A stretch of DNA of 64,000 nt from Macrostomum lignano (Eukaryota): assembly GCA_002269645.1 (NCBI GenBank), contig NIVC01000232.1, positions 388,297-452,296 of the forward strand, given 5' to 3'. The translations under genes were made by a program, and so were the position numbers. The notes under the pieces were generated by a model. That model was given only the letters and a program-made list of their open reading frames with translations. It did not search any database and was not told the DNA's origin. Below, in pieces: positions 38,901 through 51,000 of this stretch. Each line of letters starts with the position of its first letter. Positions within the stretch are counted from its first letter, which is position 1.

Positions 38901-41900
38901 TATTCCAAAAATTATAATGAGCACTTTTCCTCAAATCAGTTTGAGATCATGATTTTTAGTCTTTCGTCGATAACTTTCTGATTTCAAATGTTTAAGAATT
39001 GAAAACTTCCACACTTGTGTATCTTTGAATTGCGCATCAATTGGTGCATAGTATGTATGCTTAACTATTAGCAGTATAGAAAAAAATGCAAAAAACTGTA
39101 AAAGTACATTTTCAATTTTTGCATTTTTTGCAACCAAAGTGCCAACTTTTTGATACAATTGAAAAAAACAACCCAATAATGTTATGCATCTTAGTAAGGC
39201 GCACCTATAACCCTCGAACATTTTTAGCTCGAGTTTTAATGTGCATGAGGAAATGCACTTTTGTAAAGACATAATCTTAAGACAAACATTTCAACTGAAG
39301 CCTGTTCCTTTTCTCCGCAGTGAATCCATACAAAACTATACTCGTTAAATAGATCAGATTCTTCTCTTTAAAATGACACCTCACTTGTGAAATTCGCACT
39401 TGTAGTTTTGAAGTTACAGCAGTTTTTGTGAGATTTTTCTTGTCATTTTTTCGATGCACACGTCTCATATTATTATATTCGTCACAAGCCAGACCACCCA
39501 ATGCGCTTCGCGCATTGGCTGGCTGTTTGTTCCTCATGCTCGGCACTTTGTGCCTCGCGCGTTCGCTCCGCTCACCCCACAAACCCAAGGACACGCGCTT
39601 CGCGCGTGTCCTTGGGTTTGTGGGTTTCGCGGAGCTCACTGGGAACTAGATGGCTAGTAATGTCTATAAAACTAGCTAGTAAAACTGAAAGTTAAAAGTA
39701 AAGCAGTCTACCTATATGAGTTATTTCACAGAAATATTAAAACGGCTTATATAAACATACCACAATGCAATGTAAAATTCTTTCAACATTCTAAGCACAA
39801 ACATTTGAAAATCCGCGTTGCGTCGTATTGTGACGCTTTACACAGTACAACAAAATTTAAAAAATAAAAAAGCTCAACAAATAAAAAACAAGATACTTGA
39901 TACGTTTCTAAATAAATAAAAACTTTCAAATATTTATTGATTTACTTTCTACTTTTTATCGTAGATTAACTGTCCGCGGTAATTCGATTCTGGAATTCAA
40001 TAAATTGATTTTTCTACGAAAATTCTAATTCATAATTTAAGAGTTCGGAGTTTATTGACTATTTTATGTCTTATGTTAGGTAACCTCAACATGTAAGACT
40101 GGTAATAAACATATCATAAACTGTTAAGGATCTCTTTCTCATTTTTATACCATTGTTTATCGCATTGTATTATTAGACTATGTATATTGTTCATTGAATG
40201 GGGCGTTTCGATGAGCTTTGGAATAATCGACGATGTAAGTGTTGACAGAAAGATTATAAATTAATAAAATTTTACTAAAATGAACTGTCTATATGCTTTC
40301 GAATTCGTAAATATTTAACTGTACATGTTCTGTTTTCTTTAGTGTCAATTTAGTAATTTCCCATGATAGCTATTGTCGTATTGAGGTGACGAATTTATTT
40401 CTATGAAAGTGTATGACTATTTATATATAAGTATGGCGTTTACTGGTAATTGCAATGCGTATTACAATTACTTCATTGACGGTAGTCAGTTTGGTGGCAG
40501 TTACTTTGGTGACGTCTGTTTCAGTGACAGGTTACTTTGGTGCTAAAAATGTGTATGGAGCATTCAGTGTCCATTGTTTTATATTGCCAAAACTTTGGCA
40601 TTGCACAAATTGAATGCATATTGCAAGTAAATCTAGTATATTAAGTGTGGTAAAAAAGATAAATAAGCAGTGTTCACATTAATAAATATATATATATCAT
40701 TTGAATATAATAATGTATTTAATATATATAATACATTTATACAATAAATTTTTCCTATAGGAAATTTTTAGGCATAGAAAATATACTAAATATGGTAAAA
40801 TCAAAAGCATACAATAAAATTCTATGAAAGGGGTCTTAAAAATTACCTGTCAGGTCAAATATTAACTGTCAGGTCTAAGTAGGTCTTTAGTAATGATGTG
40901 ACATTATCAGTTTAAGTAGCCCTACCAAGGGCCATTTTGATATACAGTACCAATCTATAATATTATTGGTTTTGTTCTCTCACGTCTGCTTAAAGTAGTG
41001 CCCAAAGAATTTTAATCAGCTACATACATTTGTAAAGCCTGCATACAGTGCGCGATCAATAATTTCTATTTTCTGTTTTTCCCAGCAGGCCAATAGGATA
41101 GCCGCCCATTAATTATACTAAGTTCTCCCCAGCCCGCTCTTTATCAGTCCTGTCTGGCCATGTGCTCAGGGTTAACCAGGTTTTGCGTCTCCACCTATAG
41201 ATCCTTGCTGCCCCAGCACTCTTGTTTGTTTTCCTTCTCTTCCTGCCTCACTCCGCCACGGTTCTAGACCATGCCTTTGCCACTCTGTCATGCTACTCCT
41301 ACTGTCTATTTGAGCTCTCACTACGAGCACCGCCACCATATGTTCACTGCCATCACCTTGTTGCCACTGCCTCAACTCATTGACCCACTCTGCCTTCTAC
41401 TATCTAACTCATTGTTGTGTATCCGCCAGAGCATTGTTATGAACCTAACTAGTACTTTGACCTGTCTCTGTTGACAAAAACAATATTATAATAAACAAAG
41501 TCTGCGGCCATTGATTGCATTAGCCACCATTATTGCCAAGTGCTACTGCTACCAAATTGCCTCTGCCATATTTATTTGCCTTTGCCGATTATTCTTGAGG
41601 CCCCCACATTATATGTCACATTGACATGGCTAATTAGTGATTATATACTAGGCTAGGGCTTTTTGTAGAAGGTAATAGTACACAAATACTATATATTAAT
41701 AAGCATAAATAATAATAACAATAAACATAACAAAGTAAAGTGTATTTCAGAAATAAAACTGAAGCAATCTTGAAGCGTTGTTTATTTATTATCTTTAAGT
41801 CAAGAAAACAAAATAAAACTTATAAATTATAGTTAAGATACTTAATGCTCTATTATATATTGGCACCAAAATAGATGTTGTTGAAATAACTATCACCAAG

Positions 41901-42093
41901 CTGACTGTCATTAAAATAATTAGTTCCTACAATTGCTACTGATTTTTGAAAATTAGAATTTTAATTCAGACCCTAAAACCCTTTTTGGTAGATTTAAAGA
42001 CTTTAAATGACAATAATGTTCACTATGCAAAATTTTGATACATTAAGTATATAAAAAATTACTCATTCATCCTTTCCCTGTGTTAAATTTTAG

Positions 42094-45000
42094 CAATACC
42101 GTGCAAATCCTGTGGGCATCCCAGGCCACAGAGCTGGAATTCAAGTTCAGCCCAGGCTGTTACAGCAGCAGCAGCAGCATCATGATTTTGTCCGAGCTGA
42201 CAGCAATCCATCAAGTCAGGGTTCTCTTATTCGACAGGTTGGCATTTTGAGTTTATTCAATTTCCTAATGCTTTTACACGATTGTGCTCCTTTAAACTAT
42301 TAAAGAGCAAACAAGTTCTATGAATGACAAAAGGTATCCACCGGCTTAGGAAATAGAAGTAAAAGAGTTTCACAAAGAGACAGGGGCGCCCATCAAGTGA
42401 CAGGGGCGCCCATCAAGAGACAGGGGCGCCCACCAACAGACCTGGGGGCGCCCACAAAGAGACAGGGGCGCCCACAAAGAGACAGGGGTGCCCATCAAGA
42501 GACAGGGGCGCCCACCAAGAGACAGGGGCGCCCATCAAGAGACAGGGGCGCCCACAAAGAGACAGGGCGCCCATCAAGAGACAGAGGTGCCCACCAAGAG
42601 ACAGAGGTGCCCACCAAGAGACAGAGGTGCCCACCAAGAGACAGAGGTGCCCACCAAGAGACAGAGGTGCCCATCAAGAGACAGGGGCGCCCACCAAGAG
42701 ACAGGGGCGCCCACAAAGAGACGGGCGCCCATCAAGAGACAGGGGCGCCCACCAAGAGACAGGGGCGCCCACAAAGAGACAGGGGCGCCCACCAAGAGAC
42801 AGGGGCGCCCACAAAGAGACAGGGGCGCCCACCAAGAGACAGGGGCGCCCACCAAGAGACAGGGGCGCCCACAAAGAGACAGGGGCGCCCACCAAGAGAC
42901 AGGGGCGCCCACAAAGAGACAGGGGCGCCCACCAAGAGACAGGGGCGCCCACAAAGAGACAGGGGCGCCCACCAAGAGACAGAGGTGCCCATCAAGAGAC
43001 AGGGGCGCCCACCAAGAGACAGGGGCGCCCACAAAGAGACGGGCGCCCATCAAGAGACAGGGGCGCCCACTAAGAGACAGGGGCGCCCACTAAGAGACAG
43101 GGGCGCCCACCAAGAGACAGGGGCGCCCACCAAGAGACAGGGGCGCCCACAAAGAGACAGGGGCGCCCACCAAGAGACAGGGGCGCCCACCAAGAGACAG
43201 GGGCGCCCACAAAGAGACAGGGGCGCCCACCAAGAGACAGGGGCGCCCACAAAGAGACAGGGGCGCCCACCAAGAGACAGGGGCGCCCACAAAGAGACAG
43301 GGGCGCCCACCAAGAGACAGAGGTGCCCATCAAGTGAACGGGGGCGCCTATTAAGAGACAGGGGCGCCCATCAAGAGACACTCGTCTACTGATTCCCGTC
43401 TACTCCACTGGCACAAGTTCTTATGATATTTAGTGACAGCTTTTCTCTCACGGATGCACTGGGAATGCGGGACACATTCTTAGGGTTAGAATTAGAAAAG
43501 TGCATAATCTGCGCCATAGCAGTAAATATATATTATATATTGTATATTGATAGAAAACTGGTTACTTTTTTAACGAGCGGCAGGTCACCTGACAGATGCG
43601 CACACTGGGAGAGGCGTAGGAACTCCTGACCGCCTTATTTTAGCCTTCACCTCCCGTTTCCTTTGGGCATCTCGTCGCCTTTAATGGCTCATTGCTTGTA
43701 CGCAGCTGTTTCTTGAAAACCATTAGTAGCTAGCTAAAGCCCCCCCCCCCACCCAACCAAGGCAAGGACTGATTGACACTCGGATGGGTTGGGAACGATT
43801 CTAACAACTTCTGTTTACTGGCTCTTATACTGTTTGACCTTTTTGTATGCGTAGCTTTTTGCTGCTTACAACAGCAGCGTTGATGCATTGCAGCTCTGTA
43901 GCTGGCGCCCCCTCTCTGTAGCTGGCGCCGCCTATGTAGCTGGCGCCCTCTCTGTAGCTGGCGCCCCCACTGTAGCTGGCGCTCCCTCTGTAGCTGGCGC
44001 CCCCTCTTTGTAGCTGGCGCCCCCTCTTTGTATCTGGCGCCCCCTCTTTGTATCTGGCGCCCCCTCTTTGTAGCTGGCGCCCCCTCTCTGTAGCTGGCGC
44101 CCCCTCTCTGTAGCTGGCGCCGCCTATGTAGCTGGCGCCCCCTCTCTGTAGCTGGCGCCGCCTATGTAGCTGCGCCCCCTCTATGTAGCTGGCGCCGCCT
44201 ATGTAGCTGGCGCCCCCTCTCTGTAGCTGGCGCCGCCTATGTAGCTGGCGCCCTCTCTGTAGCTGGCGCTACCACTGTAGCTGGCGCCCCCTCTTTGTAT
44301 CTGGCGCCCCCTCTTTGTAGCTGGCGCCCCCTCTCTGTAGCTAGCGCCCCCTCTCTGTAGCTGGCGCCGCCTATGTAGCTGGCACCCCCTCTCTGTAGCT
44401 GGCGCCCCCTCTCTGTAGCTGGCGCCCCCTCTCTGTAGCTGGCGCCGCCTATGTAGCTGGCGCCCCCTCTCTGTAGCTGGCGCCCCCTCTCTGTAGCTGG
44501 CGCCCCCTCTCTGTAGCTGGCGCCCCCTATGTAGCTGGCGCCCCCTCTATAGCTGGGCTCCCCTGTAGCTGGCGCCCCCTCTATAGCTGGGCTCCCCTGT
44601 AGCTGGCGCCCCCTCTCTGTAGCTGGCGCCCCCTCTCTGTAGCTGGCGCCGCCTATGTAGCTGGCGCCCCCTCTCTGTAGCTGGCGCCCCCTCTCTGTAG
44701 CTGGCGCCCCCTATGTAGCTGGCGCCCCCTCTATAGCTGGGCTCCCCTGTAGCTGGCGCCCCCTCTATAGCTGGGCTCCCCTGTAGCTGGCGCCCCCTCT
44801 CTGTAGCTGGCGCCGTCTATGTAGCTGGCGCCCTCTCTGTAGCTGGCGCCGCCTATGTAGCTGGCGCCCCCTCTCTGTAGCTGGCGCCGCCTATGTAGCT
44901 GGCGCCCTCTCTGTAGCTGGCGCTACCACTGTAGCTGGCGCCCCCTCTTTGTATCTGGCGCCCCCTCTTTGTAGCTGGCGCCCCCTCTCTGTAGCTGGCG

Positions 45001-48000
45001 CCGCCTATGTAGCTGGCGCCCCCTCTTTGTAGCTGGCGCCCCCTCTCTGTAGCTGGCGCCCCCTCTCTGTAGCCAGCGCCCCCTATGTAGCTGGCGCCCC
45101 CTCTATAGCTGGGCTCCCCTGTAGCTGGCGCCCCCTCTCTGTAGCTGGCGCCGCCTATGTAGCTGGCGCCCTCTCTGTAGCTGGCGCCCCCTCTGTAGCT
45201 GGCGCCGTCTATGTAGCTGGCGCCCTCTCTGTAGCTGGCGCCGTCTATGTAGCTAGCGCCCGCTCTGTAGCTGGCGCCCCCTCTGTAGCTGGCGCCCCCT
45301 CTTTGTAGCTGGCGTCCCCCTCTATAGCTGGCGCCCCCTCTCTGTAGTTGGCGCCCCCTCTTTGTATCTGGCGCCCCCTCTTTGTAGCTGGCGCCCCCTC
45401 TCTGTAGCTGGCGCCGCCTATGTAGCTGGCGCCCCCTCTCTGTAGCTGGCGCCGCCTATGTAGCTGGCACCCCCTCTCTGTAGCTGGCGCCCCCTCTCTG
45501 TAGCTGGCGCCCTCTCTGTAGCTGGCGCTACCACTGTAGCTGGCGCCCCCTCTTTGTATCTGGCGCCCCCTCTTTGTAGCTGGCGCCCCCTCTCTGTAGC
45601 TGGCGCCCCCTCTCTGTAGCTGGCGCCGCCTATGTAGCTGGCACCCCCTCTCTGTAGCTGGCGCCCCCTCTCTGTAGCTGGCGCCCCCTCTCTGTAGCTG
45701 GCGCCGCCTATGTAGCTGGCGCCCCCTCTCTGTAGCTGGCGCCCCCTCTCTGTAGCTGGCGCCCCCTCTCTGTAGCTGGCGCCCCCTATGTAGCTGGCGC
45801 CCCCTCTATAGCTGGGCTCCCCTGTAGCTGGCGCCCCCTCTATAGCTGGGCTCCCCTGTAGCTGGCGCCCCCTCTCTGTAGCTGGCGCCGTCTATGTAGC
45901 TGGCGCCCTCTCTGTAGCTGGCGCCGTCTATGTAGCTGGCGCCCCCTCTGTAGCTGGCGCCCCCTCTTTGTATCTGGCGCCCCCTCTTTGTAGCTGGCGC
46001 CCCCTCTCTGTAGCTGGCGCCCCCTCTCTGTAGCTGGCGCCCCCTCTCTGTAGCTGGCGCCGCCTATGTAGCTGGCACCCCCTCTCTGTAGCTGGCGCCC
46101 CCTCTCTGTAGCTGGCGCCCCCTCTCTGTAGCTGGCGCCGCCTATGTAGCTGGCGCCCCCTCTCTGTAGCTGGCGCCCCCTCTCTGTAGCTGGCGCCCCC
46201 TCTCTGTAGCTGGCGCCCCCTATGTAGCTGGCGCCCCCTCTATAGCTGGGCTCCCCTGTAGCTGGCGCCCCCTCTATAGCTGGGCTCCCCTGTAGCTGGC
46301 GCCCCCTCTCTGTAGCTGGCGCCGTCTATGTAGCTGGCGCCGTCTATGTAGCTGGCGCCCGCTCTGTAGCTGGCGCCCCCTCTTTGTATCTGGCGCCCCC
46401 TCTTTGTAGCTGGCGCCCCCTCTCTGTAGCTGGCGCCGCCTCTATAGCTGGCGCCCCCGATGTAGCTGGCGCCCCCTCTTTGTAGCTGGCGCCCCCTCTC
46501 TGTAGCTGGCGCCCCTCTCTGTAGCTGGCGCCCCCTCTCTGTAGCTGGCGCCCCCTCTGTAGCTTGCATGGCACCCCTCTGTAGCTGGCGCCCCCTCTGT
46601 AGCTTGCATGGCACCCCTCTGTAGCTGGCGCCCCCTCTGTAGCTTGCATGGCACCCCTCTGTAGCTGGCGCCCCCTCTGTAGCTTGCATGGCACCCCTCT
46701 GTAGCTGGCGCCCCCTCTGTAGCTGGCGCCCCCTCTGTAGCTGGCGCCCCCTCTGTAGCTTGCATGGCACCCCTCTGTAGCTGGCGCCCCCTCTGTAGCT
46801 GGCGCCCCCTCTGTAGCTTGCATGGCACCCCTCTGTAGCTGGCGCCCCCTCTGTAGCTGGCGCCCCTCTGTAGCTTGCATGGCACCCCTCTGTAGCTGGC
46901 GCCCCCTCTGTAGCTGGCGCCCCCTCTGTAGCTTGCATGGCACCCCTCTGTAGCTGGCGCCCCCTCTGTAGCTGGCGCCCCCTCTGTAGCTTGCATGGCA
47001 CCCCTCTGTAGCTGGCGCCCCCTCTGTAGCTGGCGCCCCCTCTGTAGCTTGCATGGCACCCCTCTGTAGCTGGCGCCCCCTCTGTAGCTGGCGCCCCCTC
47101 TGTAGCTTGCATGGCACCCCTCTGTAGCTGGCGCCCCCTCTGTAGCTGGCGCCCCCTCTGTAGCTTGCATGGCACCCCTCTGTAGCTGGCGCCCCCTCTG
47201 TAGCTTGCATGGCACCCCTCTGTAGCTGGCGCCCCCTCTGTAGCTGGCGCCCCCTCTGTAGCTTGCATGGCACCCCTCTGTAGCTGGCGCCCCCTCTGTA
47301 GCTGGCGCCCCCTCTGTAGCTTGCATGGCACCCCTCTGTAGCTGGCGCCCCCTCTGTAGCTTGCATGGCACCCCTCTGTAGCTGGCGCCCCCTCTGTAGC
47401 TGGCGCCCCCTCTGTAGCTTGCATGGCACCCCTCTGTAGCTGGCGCCCCCTCTGTAGCTGGCGCCCCCTCTGTAGCTGGCGCCCCCTCTGTAGCTTGCAT
47501 GGCACCCCTCTGTAGCTGGCGTCCCCTCTCTGTAGCTAGAAGCCACAAAGACATTCATGGCTCTCAGGACCAGCCTATAAAAGTTAGCGAACGGGCTATT
47601 TCGCCTACTGAAAGTAACAACTAACAAAAATAAAATCATTTCTAAACAATAAAAATCGACGTCAAAAATCCGCATGCAGGGCAGCGTCGAGTCGAACTAC
47701 TCGGACGATCAGAGCTCAACTGGCGCCAGCGTAGACGAGGAGACGAAACGCGAGCGTCAGAAACAAGCGGCCGAACAGCTGGAGAAAGCGAAAACTAAAC
47801 CTGTAGCATTTGCCGTCAGAACCAATGTTGCCTATGATGGCGCTAACGATAACGAATGCCCAGTTCCCGGGCAAGCCATCACGTTTGGGGCTAAAGATTT
47901 TCTACACATCAAAGAGAAATTCGACAGCTATTGGTGGATTGGCCGCCTGGTGAAGGAGGGCTGCGATTGTCAATTCGTGCCGTCACCAGCTAGGCTGGAT

Positions 48001-51000
48001 AATTTGAGAATTCAGCAGCGTGCTGGCACGTCTAGGAGCGCTGGGTCTGCTGGGGCCGTGGCTACAGGTGGGTGCTGGGGAGCTGGGTAATACCCCGCTG
48101 TAATACCCCTAGAATACCTGGTGTAATACCCCTAGAACACCTGGTGTAATACCCCTAGACACAACTGGTGTAATACCCCGAGACACAACTGGTGTAATAC
48201 TAATACCCCTAGACACAACTGGTGTAATACCCCTAGACACAACTGGTGTAATACCCCTAGACACAACTGGTGTAATACCCCTAGACACAACTGGTGTAAT
48301 ACCCCTAGACACAACTGGTGTAATACCCCTAGACATACCTGGTGTAATACCCCTAGACTTACCTGGTGTAATACCCCTAGACTTACCTGGTGTAATACCC
48401 CTAGACTTACCTGGTGTAATACCCCTCTAGACTTACCTGGTGTAATACCCCTAGAATACCTGGTGTAATACCCCTAGACTTACCTGGTGTAATACCCCTA
48501 GACATACCTGGTGTAATACCCCTAGACTTACCTGGTGTAATACCCCTCTAGACTTACCTGGTGTAATACCCCTCTAGACTTACCTGGTGTAATACCCCTA
48601 GAATACCTGGTGTAATACCCCTAGACTTACCTGGTGTAATACCCCTAGACATACCTGGTGTAATACCCCTAGACTTACCTGGTGTAATACCCCTAGACTT
48701 ACCTGGTGTAATACCCCTAGACTTACCTGGTGTAATACCCCTCTAGACTTACCTGGTGTAATACCCCTCTAGACTTACCTGGTGTAATACCCCTCTAGAC
48801 TTACCTGGTGTAATACCCCTCTAGACTTACCTGGTGTAATACCCCTCTAGACTTACCTGGTGTAATACCCCTCTAGGCTTACCTGGTGTAATACCCCTGG
48901 ACATGCATTGTGTACCGATACGCACTAATACGCGCCGCACGTATCCACTGCCAGGCACCCCGCCAGCCGCGCCCGGTCCGCTCGTAACGGACGGGCCTGA
49001 CGAGTCGGACAAAGGAGACTCGGACTCGCTCGGCCGCGGAGGCGGCGGCGCTGGAGCGCGGGGCGATGCGGCCAGGAAAAAAGCGTTTTTCAAAAAGGTT
49101 TTGACGCTGTTGTATTGGTTGATAGTTCAGAAATTTTAGTATATGGATTTGCGATGCTGTCAGGCGGGTCTCTGCATGTACATGTTACCTGTCAGTTCTT
49201 GAACCTGTTTGGTTGGTCAGGTTGGTCAGGTTCAAAAACTGTCAGGTTGGTCAGGTCCTTAAACTGTCAGGTTGGTTGCAGGTCCTTAAACTGTCAGGTT
49301 GGTCAGATCCTTAAACTGTCAGGTTGGTCGCAGGTCCTTGAACTGTCAGGTTGGTCGCAGGTCCTTAAACTGTCAGGTTGGTCAGGTTCAAAAACTGTCA
49401 GGTTGGTCAGGTCCTTAAACTGTCAGGTTGGTCGCAGGTCCTTAAACTGTCAGGTTGGTCAGATCCTTAAACTGTCAGGTTGGTCGCAGGTCCTTAAACT
49501 GTCAGGTTGGTCAGATCCTTAAACTGTCAGGTTGGTCAGGTCCTTGAACTGTCAGGTTGGTCAGATCCTTAAACTGTCAGGTTGGTCAGTTCCTTGAACT
49601 GTCAGGTTGGTCAGATCCTTAAACTGTCAGGTTGGTCAGGTCCTTGAACTGTCAGGTTGGTCAGGTCCTTAAACTGTCAGGTTGGTCAGGTCCTTGAACT
49701 GTCAGGTTGGTCAGCTCCTTGAACTGTCAGGTTGGTCAGCTCCTTGAACTGTCAGGTTGGTCAGCTCCTTGAACTGTCAGGTTGGTCAGCTCCTTGAACT
49801 GTCAGGTTGGTCAGCTCCTTGAACTGTCAGGTTGGTCAGATCCTTTAACTTGCCAGGTGGATTACTAATCCTACAAAAACTTCGCCTCCTAAACCTTCAG
49901 ACTGATGCAGCCCCACCATATGAGGTGGTGCCCTCCATGCGACCCGTGATCCTACTGGGCCCCAGCCTAAAAGGCTACGAAGTCACCGACATGATGCAAC
50001 GGGCCGTGTTCGACTTTCTGAAGCGTCGTTTCGAAGGCCGAATCATCATCACCCAGGTGTCGTCGGATATCTCGCTGGCTAAGCGAAGCGTTCTCAATAA
50101 TCCAAGTCGGAGGGCACTGATTGAGCGGGGGTCCAGGTCCAGCAATATTGGTGAGTTTAACAGTGCCCGGGTCGCTTGGCTCTGACTCCTGACCCCCACT
50201 GACTATATCTTGACCCCCCACTGACTATATCTGACCTGCACTGACTATATCTGACCCCCACTGACTATATCCTGATCCCCACTGACTATATCTTGACCCC
50301 CACTGACTATATCCTGACCCCCCAATGACTATATCCTGACCCCCACGGACCATATCTGACCCCCACTGACTATATCCTGTTTCCCCACTGACTATATCCT
50401 GATCGGCTGATCCCCACTGACTATATCCTGACCCCCACTGACTATATCCTGACCCCCACTGACTATATCCTGACCCCCACTGACTATATCCTGACCCCCA
50501 CTGACCATATATGACCCCCACTGACTATATCCTGATCCCCACTGACTATATCTTGACCCCCACTGACTATATCCTGACCCCCACTGACTATATCTTGACC
50601 CCCACTGACTATATCCTGACCCCCCACTGACTATATCCTGACCCCCACTGACTATATCCTGATCCCCACTGACTATATACTGACCCCCACTGACTATATC
50701 CTGATCCCCACTGACTATATACTGACCCCCACTGACTATATCTTGACCCCCACTGACTATATCCTGATCCCCACTGACTATATCTTGACCCCCACTGACT
50801 ATATCCTGACCCCCACTGACTATATCCTGACCCGCACTGATTTTGTCTGACCCAGTTGACTTCTTTGACTCCCTTTGACCTCCACTAAATGGATCTCTAC
50901 AGTATGTACCCCATATCGACACCCAATGACTCCCACTGAACCCTAACTGACCCAAAGTGACCCCTTCCCCCTGTAATAAAATTTCAGCCGAAGTTCAGCA

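Noticed and set aside
42397-47675. TKRQGRP, GAPATE and SYRGG repeat ORFs as genes
   Set aside because: Overlapping ORFs in many frames and on both strands over 18-21-bp arrays inside a CaV-beta intron.
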